Under the pieces are notes generated by a model. The model was not told where the DNA came from. It did no database searches and saw nothing but the letters and a program-made list of their open reading frames with translations. Position numbers and translations under genes: made by a program. This document shows positions 17,440-27,066 of a stretch of DNA of 64,000 nt, piece by piece (position 1 is the stretch's first letter; each line of letters begins with the position of its first letter). The stretch comes from Deferribacterales bacterium (GTDB taxonomy: Bacteria; Chrysiogenota; Deferribacteres; Deferribacterales; Geovibrionaceae), in contig JBFWJS010000001.1 in NCBI GenBank assembly GCA_050253075.1, positions 128,001 through 192,000 on the forward strand, given 5' to 3'.

Positions 17440-18243
17440 TTAAGGTTTAAATGTAAATTTAAGGGTGTCCTGTTTCTTATTATCGGGGCAGGCGTCTATG
17501 CAGTCGCCGCAGTTGTGGCAGTGGAGGCTTGCGCCCTCTTCCATAGGGTTTATCACAGCAGGGCATACCCTTATACAGCTTTTGCACATGGAGCATTCGT
17601 CCACGACCTTCCTCACCGTCATCCCCCGCCTGTTGCGAAATAGCGAAAGAAATGTCCCCGTCGGGCAGAACAGCCTGCACCAGTATCTGTAATAGAACAG
17701 CTCCATAAAGAGTATGGCGAAAACTATCGCCAGCTCGAATGTGACATAGCCGAACTTCACTATCACCAGTGCCTGAGACGATATTATCCCCGGAGCAGAG
17801 ATAAGGTTCAGCACGGGCACACCGATGATCATCATCACCAGCAGACCGATAAGCAGGAATATAAACCTGAACCTCGATGCCTTTGAAGGGTAGCTCTCGG
17901 TATATACCGGTTTATTCAGCTTTATGCCGAAGCGTTTCTTCGCCGCCTCCACCCACTCGGTGAAAAGGTAATACGGGCAGAACCAGCTGCACCACACCCT
18001 GCCGAGGAGCATCATCAGTGCGAGCGGTATCACCAGCGAGCCGAGCATATATATATTCACAATGCCGGAGGCGACCATAGACTGAAATACGGCAAGAGGG
18101 TCTGCGATGGCGGCATCGCCTATGTCCATGCTGTAGAATGTGCCTTTAATAAAGTACAGCTCCCACACATTCATGAACGGAATGACGAATATAGCTATCA
18201 GTGTGGATATCTGGGCAGTACGCCTGAGTTTTTTTATCTTCAT
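17440..18243 (-). CDS. napH: Quinol dehydrogenase membrane subunit NapH
   Basis: GRVWCSWFCP, WCRLFCP, two CxxCxxCxxxCP; ATGA overlap with the napG stop. Confidence 0.9.
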   Translation of the reverse strand: MKIKKLRRTAQISTLIAIFVIPFMNVWELYFIKGTFYSMDIGDAAIADPLAVFQSMVASGIVNIYMLGSLVIPLALMMLLGRVWCSWFCPYYLFTEWVEAAKKRFGIKLNKPVYTESYPSKASRFRFIFLLIGLLVMMIIGVPVLNLISAPGIISSQALVIVKFGYVTFELAIVFAILFMELFYYRYWCRLFCPTGTFLSLFRNRRGMTVRKVVDECSMCKSCIRVCPAVINPMEEGASLHCHNCGDCIDACPDNKKQDTLKFTFKP

Positions 18244-19007
18244 TGTTCCTGCCACTCGTCCTTGTCCTCATCGAGCTCTACGTTATACTCGAAGTCGGGT
18301 TTTGCGCCGAATGAGCTTATCTTCTGCTTCTCGTTCAGCAGTTCCTGACCGTGCAGTGTCCCTTCCTTTGACTCTGTTTCGCCTTGGAGCTTCATCTTAC
18401 GGTTGTAGAACCCAGCCTCCGCCTTTACCCCCATCCCCACGGGATAGATATTTATGGACTTCGGCGTTGTGGGGCATTTCTCCACGCATATACCGCACCC
18501 TGTGCACTTATCTGTCACCACGGGCAGTATGAATTTATCAAGGAATATAGCCTCGTCCGTAAACGGGCAGACGTTGTTGCATGTGTTGCAGAGCTGTGCG
18601 AGACCGTCGGCGGATACGCCCTTTTCCTCATCTCGGAAATATTTATAGTTCAGGCATGTCTCCTGATCTATCACGGCGATGCCCATGCGCACCTTTTCGG
18701 GTTCAATGAGTTTAGGGTTCAGCGCACCTGTGGGGCAGACGGATGGACACTTCATACAGAGATAACACGCACGCTTATCCGCAAAGACATATGGCGTGCC
18801 TATCTGAAGTTTTTCATACAGGTCGGCTCTGTGGATGGAGTCATAGGGGCATACCTCTATGCATCTGGCACAGCGTATGCACAGCTCCATGAACATCTCC
18901 TCACCAACCGCACCGGGCGGACGGAGCCTGTTCAGCTTAAAGAAGTTTTTGAACGGATTGGTGTTTAACAGCTTCCCAAGGCGTTCGGTGAATTTGTTAC
19001 GAGGCAT
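18240..19007 (-). CDS. napG: Ferredoxin-type protein NapG
   Basis: LRPPGA, CIRCARCIEVCP and further 4Fe-4S motifs. Confidence 0.88.
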   Translation of the reverse strand: MPRNKFTERLGKLLNTNPFKNFFKLNRLRPPGAVGEEMFMELCIRCARCIEVCPYDSIHRADLYEKLQIGTPYVFADKRACYLCMKCPSVCPTGALNPKLIEPEKVRMGIAVIDQETCLNYKYFRDEEKGVSADGLAQLCNTCNNVCPFTDEAIFLDKFILPVVTDKCTGCGICVEKCPTTPKSINIYPVGMGVKAEAGFYNRKMKLQGETESKEGTLHGQELLNEKQKISSFGAKPDFEYNVELDEDKDEWQEQ

Positions 19008-19009
19008 CT

Positions 19010-19345
19010 TTACCCTTCCTGAACGGTTTCAAGCGGGTGCTTATCCCTGCGCTTACTCCTCTGGAATGCTTTGATATCAGGCACTTTTTTGCCTGAGAGG
19101 ATATCTTCCACATCCTCTTCAAAGTGCATTATATGGTGTCCTATGTCGAGTATCTCGTCATAGCTTTTTATCTTTTTCGAGAGTTCTTCGAGGTTGTCGT
19201 CGTTCTCTGTTTCGATGGAGACGACTATCTGAGTTTTATCCTCACCCACGGCATGAATCTCTATCTCTTTGAATTTGCCGAGGATGGAGCGTGCTGCATC
19301 CAGATTCTCAGGCTGGATGAATACTATGCTTCCTGAATAGATCAT
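19010..19345 (-). CDS. napD: NapD chaperone
   Basis: Size, EIHA, IVVSIE, position after napA. Confidence 0.82.
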   Translation of the reverse strand: MIYSGSIVFIQPENLDAARSILGKFKEIEIHAVGEDKTQIVVSIETENDDNLEELSKKIKSYDEILDIGHHIMHFEEDVEDILSGKKVPDIKAFQRSKRRDKHPLETVQEG

Positions 19346-19385
19346 TTTCGGCTCCTGTACATCACAAAAATATTAATTATAAAAT

Positions 19386-19429
19386 CGTCACTGCTGGGTT
19401 TCAGATCCTTCGCTTTGCTCAGGATGACA
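19386..19429. repeat. Partial family A palindromic repeat
   Basis: CGTCA...CAGATCCTTCGCTTTGCTCAGGATGACA. Confidence 0.7.
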
Positions 19430-19448
19430 AGTTTTCTCGACATCGCAT

Positions 19449-19569
19449 ATCAGTGGATGATTTTGTTTTTATGCAAGTCGGGAAACCGTGAGGAAGCGCA
19501 GTTTACTTTCAGTAAATGAGCATTCCGAACAGTTTTACAACGCCGCATAGAAGCAAAAGGAACACTGAT
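19449..19569. repeat. ~121-bp palindromic element (RPE/MITE-like)
   Basis: Terminal ATCAGTG/CACTGAT, TTTTGTTTTTATGC/GCATAGAAGCAAAA arms, central TTTACT-TTC-AGTAAA hairpin followed by TGAG. Confidence 0.6.
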
Positions 19570-19573
19570 CATT

Positions 19574-19607
19574 AAAAAAAGCGCTCTCTCCCGGGAGAAG
19601 AGAGCGC
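19574..19607 (-). terminator. Intrinsic terminator after napA
   Basis: GCGCTCTCT...AGAGAGCGC stem followed by a T7 run on the minus strand. Confidence 0.8.
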
Positions 19608-19630
19608 AAATGTGATGCCGGTTGCCTTCC

Positions 19631-22024
19631 TTAAGAGAAGGATGCGTTTATGTCACTTATTATGTATTTTTCTGACACGTCTTTCGGTCCTGATACACGC
19701 TTTATCTGTACTGCGGCTATCTTGAACTCAGGCTCTTTCGATCCAGGGTCTACTGCGTCGTTACAGACAAAGTTGATCATCCTGTCCATAGCCTGATCAT
19801 GCCACGGAACAAAGAGGATGCCCGGCAGGGAAATCTTTGTAACGTGTGCAGGGAGGACAGATTTACCACGGATGCTGGTCACTTCGACCATATCGCCTGA
19901 AACTATGCCGTATTTCTTAGCATCGTCAGGGTGGATCTCGATGTATCCGTTAGGGTGTGCTCTCGCTATCTCAGGGATACGCATTGTCATGGTACCTGTG
20001 TGCCACTGCTCGATAACACGGCCGGTGGTGAGATAGAACGGATACTCCGCAGAAGGTACTTCCGCAGGGCCTGCGTATGGTCTCAGCCAGATGTTTGCCT
20101 TACCCTCGCCGTCCTTATCCATATAGAAGTAGAACTCTCTGTCTGTAGGCATTGTGATGCCGAACTTCGCCTTGAAGGCTTCGTGCTCGAACATAGGGTC
20201 CATGCCTCGTACATATCTCTTATATGTGCCGGGGTGGTCTGTGGACGGACACGGCCACTGCAGACCTGCCTTTTCCTTCTTAAGCCTGTCGTATGTGGCT
20301 CCTGCGAGGGTATGGTCAGTATCTTTTGTAAGAGTGATGTAGTCGTTCCACGCCATTTCGTTATTTTTCATATAGTTGTCGCTGTTCCAAGGGATCAGCT
20401 TCTCGAGACCCATGCGCTTAGCTATCTGAGCGGCTATCCACACATCAGGCTTCGCATTGCCCATAGGCTCTACACACTGCTCTGTGAGCTGGCTTCTGCG
20501 CTCGGAGCATCCGTAAACGCCGCCTTTCTCATAGATAAATGCAGCAGGGAGCACAACATCGGCGAGCTGTGTCGTACGTGTAGGGAACAGGTCTATAACA
20601 ACGAGGAATGAGTTCTTCATGCCGTCGATGTATTTGTTAAGGTTAGGCAGAGACTGCGCAGGGTTTGTCGTACATGTAATCATCCCCTTGATAGGCTTGT
20701 CTGCCTGATCTTCTCCGCCGAGGGAGTCGAACATCTTCATAGTGTGGAAGCCGGGCTTAGGGTTGATGGTTCCCGGTGCTATGCCCCACTCTTTTTCTAC
20801 GAATGCACGCCACTTGTCGTTTGCCACAGGTTTAGTACCGGGCAGAAGGTGACACAGAGTACCTGTCTCGCGCACACCGCCGCAGGCATTCGGCTGACCT
20901 GTGAGGGAGAATGAATCCGCGCCCGGCTTAAACAGGTTTCCTGTTATAAGGTGCAGGTTGTGGATGAGGTTGTTCGCCCATACGCCTCTGGTACGCTGGT
21001 TCAGACCCATTGTCCAGAGTGTCATGGATGCGCCTGAGTTGGCGAACCACTCGGCAGCCTTGCGTATGTTGTCCGCAGGACAGCGTGTTATCTTCTCTAC
21101 CTTTTCAGGTGTGAAATCTTTTATGAATTCTTTATATCCTTCGATGTCGAATGTCTCTTTGCCGTTGGTGATACGTGCGTTCTCTGTCATGAATTTCTCG
21201 TCATGCCAGTTGTTGTCCATTATCACCTTTGCCATAGAGTGGAAAACAGCAAGGTCAGTACCCGGATCCACAGGAAGCCAGAGGTCGGCGATCTTCGCTG
21301 TTGTTGTCTTTCTCGGTTCGCAGACGATAACTTTCACGTCAGGATTCTTCATCTTATGACGCATGATACGGCGGAAGATGATAGGGTGACACTCGGATGT
21401 GTTTGAACCGACAAGGAAGATACACTTAGAGTATTCGATGTCTGCATATGCGCCCACAGGCTCGTCAGAACCGAAAGAAGAGATGTATCCGCCCACGGCA
21501 GATGCCATACAGAGTCTCGGGTTTCCTTCGACCATGTTAGAGCCGAATCCGCCTTTGAAGAGCTTGTTGAATGTGTAGCTCTCCTCTGTCATAGCCTGAC
21601 CGGAGCCGTAGTATGCCACTGCGTCTTTGCCGTATTTGCCGTGCAGTTCTTTGAACTTGTTCACTACGGTGTCGAGGGCAGTGTCCCAGCTCACTTTTTT
21701 GAATGTACCGTCAGACTGGCGTACCATAGGGTCTGTTATCCTGTCTGGATGATACATACATTTATATGCGAGGAATCCTTTTACACAGAGGAATCCAAAG
21801 TTTGTTTTGCCGTCGGGGTTACCCTTTATAGCGACTACCTTGCCGCCCTTTACTCCGATATATACAGCGCAGCCTGTACCGCAGAAACGGCAGGCTCCTT
21901 TTACCCATTTATCAACGTCTGCACCACCTGCAGCCTCAGCCTTTTTAGGCATGCTGATGCCGACAGATGCGGCAGCAGAGGCAGCTACTGTTGCTTTCAG
22001 AAAATTTCTTCTGGTAATGCTCAT
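19631..22024 (-). CDS. napA: Periplasmic nitrate reductase catalytic subunit
   Basis: Tat signal TRRNFLK, CRFCGTGC, RLCMASAV, GQPNACGGVRE, TGRVIEQWHTGTMT, DPGSKEPEFK. Confidence 0.96.
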   Translation of the reverse strand: MSITRRNFLKATVAASAAASVGISMPKKAEAAGGADVDKWVKGACRFCGTGCAVYIGVKGGKVVAIKGNPDGKTNFGFLCVKGFLAYKCMYHPDRITDPMVRQSDGTFKKVSWDTALDTVVNKFKELHGKYGKDAVAYYGSGQAMTEESYTFNKLFKGGFGSNMVEGNPRLCMASAVGGYISSFGSDEPVGAYADIEYSKCIFLVGSNTSECHPIIFRRIMRHKMKNPDVKVIVCEPRKTTTAKIADLWLPVDPGTDLAVFHSMAKVIMDNNWHDEKFMTENARITNGKETFDIEGYKEFIKDFTPEKVEKITRCPADNIRKAAEWFANSGASMTLWTMGLNQRTRGVWANNLIHNLHLITGNLFKPGADSFSLTGQPNACGGVRETGTLCHLLPGTKPVANDKWRAFVEKEWGIAPGTINPKPGFHTMKMFDSLGGEDQADKPIKGMITCTTNPAQSLPNLNKYIDGMKNSFLVVIDLFPTRTTQLADVVLPAAFIYEKGGVYGCSERRSQLTEQCVEPMGNAKPDVWIAAQIAKRMGLEKLIPWNSDNYMKNNEMAWNDYITLTKDTDHTLAGATYDRLKKEKAGLQWPCPSTDHPGTYKRYVRGMDPMFEHEAFKAKFGITMPTDREFYFYMDKDGEGKANIWLRPYAGPAEVPSAEYPFYLTTGRVIEQWHTGTMTMRIPEIARAHPNGYIEIHPDDAKKYGIVSGDMVEVTSIRGKSVLPAHVTKISLPGILFVPWHDQAMDRMINFVCNDAVDPGSKEPEFKIAAVQIKRVSGPKDVSEKYIISDINASFS

Positions 22025-22035
22025 GGAAGTCCCCC

Positions 22036-22395
22036 TTACTTATAGTCGTGTACTTTATGTACGGTAAAGTTGTGCGATATGTGGCAGGATGCACATCTGG
22101 CCTGCGGAGCCTGATTGTTTTCGATCTGCATCGAATGGCAGCCTTCACATGTTGCATTTGCAGGAGATTTCACGAAGTTTACCTCGTCACCGTGGCAGAC
22201 CTGACACTTTACGCCGGTAAAGCCGTGTGCACTCTCTTCCCACTGCTTATAAACGTCAGGTGTGACATCCACATGACATTCTGCGCAGTCCTGATTACCC
22301 ATTTCCTGCGGGTGCTGATCAGCAGCATAAGCAAAGGCAAATGCACCGAGCACCAGAACCATTAAAATGAAAAACACTCTGTTGAACGATCCCAT
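22036..22395 (-). CDS. napM: Small tetraheme cytochrome c (NapM-like)
   Basis: Signal peptide and four CxxCH motifs (CAECH, CQVCH, CEGCH, CASCH) directly upstream of napA. Confidence 0.8.
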   Translation of the reverse strand: MGSFNRVFFILMVLVLGAFAFAYAADQHPQEMGNQDCAECHVDVTPDVYKQWEESAHGFTGVKCQVCHGDEVNFVKSPANATCEGCHSMQIENNQAPQARCASCHISHNFTVHKVHDYK

Positions 22396-22661
22396 ACTGT
22401 ACCCCCGGGATATATTTTGTATCTCTCTCTAAACCTTTAAAACGGCACACCGCAGTCCAACCCTGAACTACGGCATGTCGGAGGTTGCTGAGCGTATTAA
22501 CGCCCATATATATATTTTGCTTCTCGCTATTAGCCTAACCCCATGAATACAATTCTACTGTGTACTTTGTAAAACGGTCATTAAGGTTGTAAGGCTGATG
22601 TAAATAATGTGAACGTGGATAATTTTTATATATATCTGAACAAAATAAACGCCCTGGTGTC

Positions 22662-22690
22662 TTGCCTACACACATATGAGGAGCTATAAT
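22662..22690 (+). promoter_or_regulatory. sigma70 promoter
   Basis: TTGCCT-17 bp-TATAAT upstream of a GGAGG RBS. Confidence 0.65.
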
Positions 22691-22708
22691 AAAACATTGG
22701 AGGACACA

Positions 22709-23887
22709 ATGAGCAAATTTGATTTTATAGTCGCAGGCAGCGGTATCAGCGGAATGAGCTTTGCCCACCATATGGCTGCAAAGGGGAAAACTGTCCTTGT
22801 ACTCGAGAAAAAGAGCTACGCAGGCGGATGCCTCTGTACGCTCAGACACGAGGATTTCTGGCTGGAGCTCGGCGGTCACACAGTTTACAACTCCTATATG
22901 TCATTCATCAAATCTCTCAGAGAGCTTTCCTGCGAGGACAAGTTTCTCCCCAGAGAGAAGGCTTCCTTTAAAATGTATAATAACGGCTCCATAGAATCTC
23001 TGATGAAGTCCCTCAGCAAGTTTGAGGCTGCGCTGAATGTGCCTAAAATGTTCTTTATGAAGAAAGACGGCAAAAGCGTACGTGAGTATTACTCCGCCAT
23101 CCTCGGCAAGGGGAACTATGAGAACATGTTCTCCGCTATGCTGCAGGCTGTTATATCGCAGGACGCATCAGATTTCCCTGCGGACATGCTCCTTAAAAAG
23201 CGTGACAGGGACAAAACAGCCCCACGCAACTTCACTCTGAAGAACGGTATGGCATCATTCATAGAGACTGTCGCATCAGAGGAAAACGTGACCCTCAAGA
23301 CCGACAGCGAGGCTGTGGACATCACATATGCAGACGGCGAATACAGCGTAGAGACCGTCGGCGGAGAAAAATTTCAGGCGGACAATATCGTCATGGCATG
23401 CCCGCCGCCCACAGCGGGGAAACTGCTCGCAGGGTGCGCACCTTCCGTCGCCTCACTCCTTTCTGAAATAGGCGGTGCAAAGGTCGATACTGTCGGTGTC
23501 ATCGTTAAGAAAGAAGATATCAGCGTAGAACCTTTCAGCTTTATCATAGCAAAGAACGACGTGTTCACCTCTGCGGTATCCAGAGACATCATCCCCCATG
23601 AAAAATACCGCGGGGTATCCTTCCACTTCCGTGAAGGAGCTCTGGACAAAGAGGGCAAAATATCAAAGATAGAAGACGTGCTCGGCATCGACAGGGGCGC
23701 AATAGTCGCTATGGATGCCACAGTCAACTTCTCCCCGACACTCGGCATGGATCACAAAGCCCGTGTGGCGAAGATCGACGAAGCTGTCAAAGGATATAAA
23801 GGTCTGTATATAGTAGGTAACTATTTCGGAGGTGTGGCGATAGAAGACTGTGCGCTCAGAGCCGCATCACAGGCCGCAACCGTATAA
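22709..23887 (+). CDS. FAD-dependent oxidoreductase, protoporphyrinogen/coproporphyrinogen oxidase (HemY)-like
   Basis: GSGISG, ELGGHT, GNYFGGVAIEDC; start at the ATG with GGAGG RBS. Confidence 0.7.
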   Translation: MSKFDFIVAGSGISGMSFAHHMAAKGKTVLVLEKKSYAGGCLCTLRHEDFWLELGGHTVYNSYMSFIKSLRELSCEDKFLPREKASFKMYNNGSIESLMKSLSKFEAALNVPKMFFMKKDGKSVREYYSAILGKGNYENMFSAMLQAVISQDASDFPADMLLKKRDRDKTAPRNFTLKNGMASFIETVASEENVTLKTDSEAVDITYADGEYSVETVGGEKFQADNIVMACPPPTAGKLLAGCAPSVASLLSEIGGAKVDTVGVIVKKEDISVEPFSFIIAKNDVFTSAVSRDIIPHEKYRGVSFHFREGALDKEGKISKIEDVLGIDRGAIVAMDATVNFSPTLGMDHKARVAKIDEAVKGYKGLYIVGNYFGGVAIEDCALRAASQAATV

Positions 23888-23888
23888 T

Positions 23889-24515
23889 CTAAAGCAAATC
23901 CAATACGTCGGCCATACGGGCAACCGTGTGGTCGGCGATTTCGCTGTAATCATCGTGTGAGAACTCTTTCGTGAAAACTGTCGTACAACCCGCCGCTTTC
24001 GCAGACATCAGACCTATCTGAGAATCCTCTATGCATATGCACTCCTCAGGATTCAGCCCGAGAGCCTTCACGGCATAAAGATATCCGTCCGGCGCAGGCT
24101 TGCCCTTATCATAGAGCTCGTCTGTGGCTATCACGTCGAAGCCCGACAGGTCTATGCAGTGGGCGAACATGTCCACCTCTGCCTTTGAGCTGCCTGTCAC
24201 TATCCCCTTTTTGATATCAAGGCCGAGGAGCGCGTCCAGCCCATCTGCTATGGGAGCGTCGCATGTTTTGAAAAATTCGGTCTTAGCATTGATGAAGACG
24301 GTGCGGATATCATCAGGATGCATATCAGGCAGATAGAGAGTGTTTAAGGTCTCGAAGATGCCTTTCCATGTGGAACCTTCGAAATTCCTGCTGTCGTCAT
24401 CTGTAAGCTCTCTGCCTATCAGCCCGCCCATGGTGTCTTTAAATAATTTATAATTATACTTTTCAGTACCGATTATCGTGTTGTCAAAATCTATCAGAAC
24501 AGCTTTAAATTTCAC
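23889..24515 (-). CDS. HAD family phosphatase
   Basis: DFDNT, GKPAPD, IEDS. Confidence 0.9.
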   Translation of the reverse strand: MKFKAVLIDFDNTIIGTEKYNYKLFKDTMGGLIGRELTDDDSRNFEGSTWKGIFETLNTLYLPDMHPDDIRTVFINAKTEFFKTCDAPIADGLDALLGLDIKKGIVTGSSKAEVDMFAHCIDLSGFDVIATDELYDKGKPAPDGYLYAVKALGLNPEECICIEDSQIGLMSAKAAGCTTVFTKEFSHDDYSEIADHTVARMADVLDLL

Positions 24516-25336
24516 TCGCCACCCTTCATGAGAGCCTTTATCTTCTGATTCACCGTTTCAGACTCGGGGCGATACTTCAGATATTTGGAATAGTCGAGTA
24601 TGGCGTCGTCCTTCTGCCCCAGCTTTTCATATGCTACGGCTCTGTTCATGTATGCTTCTGGCATGTCCGCATTCAGCTTTATGGCCTCTGTACAGTCTGT
24701 CACAGCCTCTGTATATTTTTCCAGCTGGTTGTTCACCATGCATCTGTTGTTATATGCGAGTGCATCCTTCGGGTCTATCTTAATAGCGAGGCTGAAATCT
24801 GCCGCTGCGTCCTGATATTTCTCAAGGGCGATGTATGCCTGTCCTCTGTTGTTATAAGGTGTCACATAGTCACGTTTGAGTGATATCGCCTGTGAACAGT
24901 CTGCGATGGCGCTGCCGTATCTGCCCATTTTCAGGAATGTCATACATCTGTTGTTATGAGCCATATAGCTGGCAGGGTTGATGCTTATCGCTTCGGTACA
25001 CGCCTGATGCGCACCTTTCAGCTCACCCTGATCGAGATACAGCCCGCACAGGTTTGTGAGGGATGCGTAGTCCTCTTTATCAAACTTATAAGCCAGCTTA
25101 TAATTCATGATGGCGTCGTCTATCTCGCCCAGCTGGGACTGCACATATGCAAGGTTGCTGTATCCTCTGGAAAACTTAGGATTTTCATTTATAGATTCGT
25201 TGAAAAAGACTTTCGCTGCCTGAAGGTCGCCCGTTTCCAGAGCTTCCATCCCTTTTTTATAATATTTCCCCTCGCCAAAGGCAAAGGCGAACATTGTAAC
25301 CGACATAACCAGCGCAAAAACAGTAATAAATCGCAT
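24512..25336 (-). CDS. Exported TPR protein
   Basis: Signal peptide; 34-aa TPR repeats (AYNNRC, YNNRG, AYMNRA). Confidence 0.9.
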   Translation of the reverse strand: MRFITVFALVMSVTMFAFAFGEGKYYKKGMEALETGDLQAAKVFFNESINENPKFSRGYSNLAYVQSQLGEIDDAIMNYKLAYKFDKEDYASLTNLCGLYLDQGELKGAHQACTEAISINPASYMAHNNRCMTFLKMGRYGSAIADCSQAISLKRDYVTPYNNRGQAYIALEKYQDAAADFSLAIKIDPKDALAYNNRCMVNNQLEKYTEAVTDCTEAIKLNADMPEAYMNRAVAYEKLGQKDDAILDYSKYLKYRPESETVNQKIKALMKGGE

Positions 25337-25426
25337 AAGATTCCTCCTATGGGATATAAATTAGCACCTATACATTTTTTCCGCCAGAGTTAAGAGAGGG
25401 TATTATGAACAATCGATGTAAAATGT

Positions 25427-25681
25427 TTATGATAACTTACTGATAACCTCAGACTCTTCCATGTCTATCTCCAAAACCTTATGACGGGATTTGTCGCCGG
25501 AGACTATATTCACCTTTGATCTGGAGAGACCGAGCTGTTTTGATATGAACTTGACGAGTGCCTCATTTGCAGCGCCTTCCACAGGCGGAGCGCACACTCT
25601 TATTTTGAGCTTGCCGTCGTGCTCGCCAGATATCTCTGTCTTTTTAGCACCCGGCTGTATGTATACGGACAGCTTCATCAT
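25427..25681 (-). CDS. DUF167 (YggU) family protein
   Basis: QPGAKK, APPVEGAAN, GDKSRHK; ATGA overlap with the upstream stop. Confidence 0.9.
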   Translation of the reverse strand: MMKLSVYIQPGAKKTEISGEHDGKLKIRVCAPPVEGAANEALVKFISKQLGLSRSKVNIVSGDKSRHKVLEIDMEESEVISKLS

Positions 25682-26913
25682 TCCCTGCGGAGAGCCTCGA
25701 TTGGGTCGAGCTTCGCAGACTGCCTTGCGGGGAAGAGCCCTGCCACGTATGTGATGATGAGTGCGCACACTGTCACCACGATAAATGTCGAAAGCTCCAT
25801 CTTCACAGGTATCCTGTCCATGAAGTACACGTCCTCTGGCAGAGATATCAGCTTAAACTTTTCCAGCACCACACAGATGATGAATCCGAGGATGTTGCCC
25901 ATCACAGTACCCGTGAGGCCGATTATCATCCCCTGCTTCATGAATATGCCCGAGATCATCCTTTCGGGTGCACCCATGGCACGCATGATGGCTATGTCAC
26001 GCTTCTTATCCTTCACGGTGACGGTTATCATGCTTATCACGTTAAATGATGCCACGATGATTATCAGGGTGAGAATGATGAACATTGCGTACTTCTCCAG
26101 CTTCAGAGCGGAGAAGAGGTTTTTATTCATACTTATCCAGTCACGTGACCAGAACGGAAACTCGAGCTGAGACTGTATATCGGCGGCTATTTCCTGAGCC
26201 TTGTCAAAGTTCTCCGTACGCACGCTGAAACCGGATGCTATATCACCCGTGCCAAAGAACTCCTGTGCATCTTTAATATCTATATACGCCAGAGAGTTAT
26301 TGTACTCATACATCCCCGTGTCGAACACGCCCGAAACTTCGAAACGCTTCATCTTCGGAGTGATGCCGAATGGCCCCTTCTTTCCGAAGGGAGAGACCAT
26401 AACGACCTCGTCGCCTATGAGAACACCGAGGCTGGCCGCCAGCTCTTTACCCAGAGCTATCTGCGGGTTGCCCGATTTCTCGGCCGGTTTGGAGATATCG
26501 TTGAAGTAGCCGTCGGTCATGAATTTTTCTATGGCGGTGACCTTCAGCTCCTCTTCGGGGATGACGCCCCTGACGATAACGCCGGAGACATTGTTCTCAC
26601 TGGTCAACAGAACCTGATTCAGAATGAAAGGCGAGACGCCTGTGACGCCCTTTGTGTCCTCTATGATACTCTTTATCCCGCGCCAGTTATCTATGGGCGA
26701 GACATCCACACGGTTTACCACTATGTGGGCGTTTGCACCGATGATGCGGTTTTTCAGATTATCCGAAAATCCGCTCATGACGCTCACCACGACAATGAGC
26801 GTAGCCACGCCGAGCAGTATTCCCAGTATGGATATACCTGATATAAAAGAAAGTATCTTGTTTGACTTACGGCTTCGGAGATATCTCTTTGCCACGAACC
26901 TTTCAAAACGCAA
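25678..26913 (-). CDS. lolC: Lipoprotein-releasing ABC transporter permease LolC/E
   Basis: VVSVMSGF, ALKLEK, DIAIMRAMGA, LDPIEALR. Confidence 0.9.
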   Translation of the reverse strand: MRFERFVAKRYLRSRKSNKILSFISGISILGILLGVATLIVVVSVMSGFSDNLKNRIIGANAHIVVNRVDVSPIDNWRGIKSIIEDTKGVTGVSPFILNQVLLTSENNVSGVIVRGVIPEEELKVTAIEKFMTDGYFNDISKPAEKSGNPQIALGKELAASLGVLIGDEVVMVSPFGKKGPFGITPKMKRFEVSGVFDTGMYEYNNSLAYIDIKDAQEFFGTGDIASGFSVRTENFDKAQEIAADIQSQLEFPFWSRDWISMNKNLFSALKLEKYAMFIILTLIIIVASFNVISMITVTVKDKKRDIAIMRAMGAPERMISGIFMKQGMIIGLTGTVMGNILGFIICVVLEKFKLISLPEDVYFMDRIPVKMELSTFIVVTVCALIITYVAGLFPARQSAKLDPIEALRRE

Positions 26914-26933
26914 ATTGAATCCTTTTCTAATTT

Positions 26934-26995
26934 GTCATTCTGAGCTTTGCGAAGAATCTGTGTGTATCAGATCCTTCGCTAACACTCAGGATGAC
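26934..26995. repeat. Family A palindromic repeat
   Basis: GTCATTCTGAG..GCGAAGAATCTG...CAGATCCTTCGC..CTCAGGATGAC. Confidence 0.85.
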
Positions 26996-27066
26996 TTAAT
27001 ATTTTATTTAGACCGCCTGAGCAACCAAAAGGTTGCGATAGCGGCAATTCGTCTGTAGGTGCTTAC

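Noticed and set aside
22560..22620. Fnr or NarL sites upstream of napM
   Set aside because: Only weak partial matches in AT-rich sequence.
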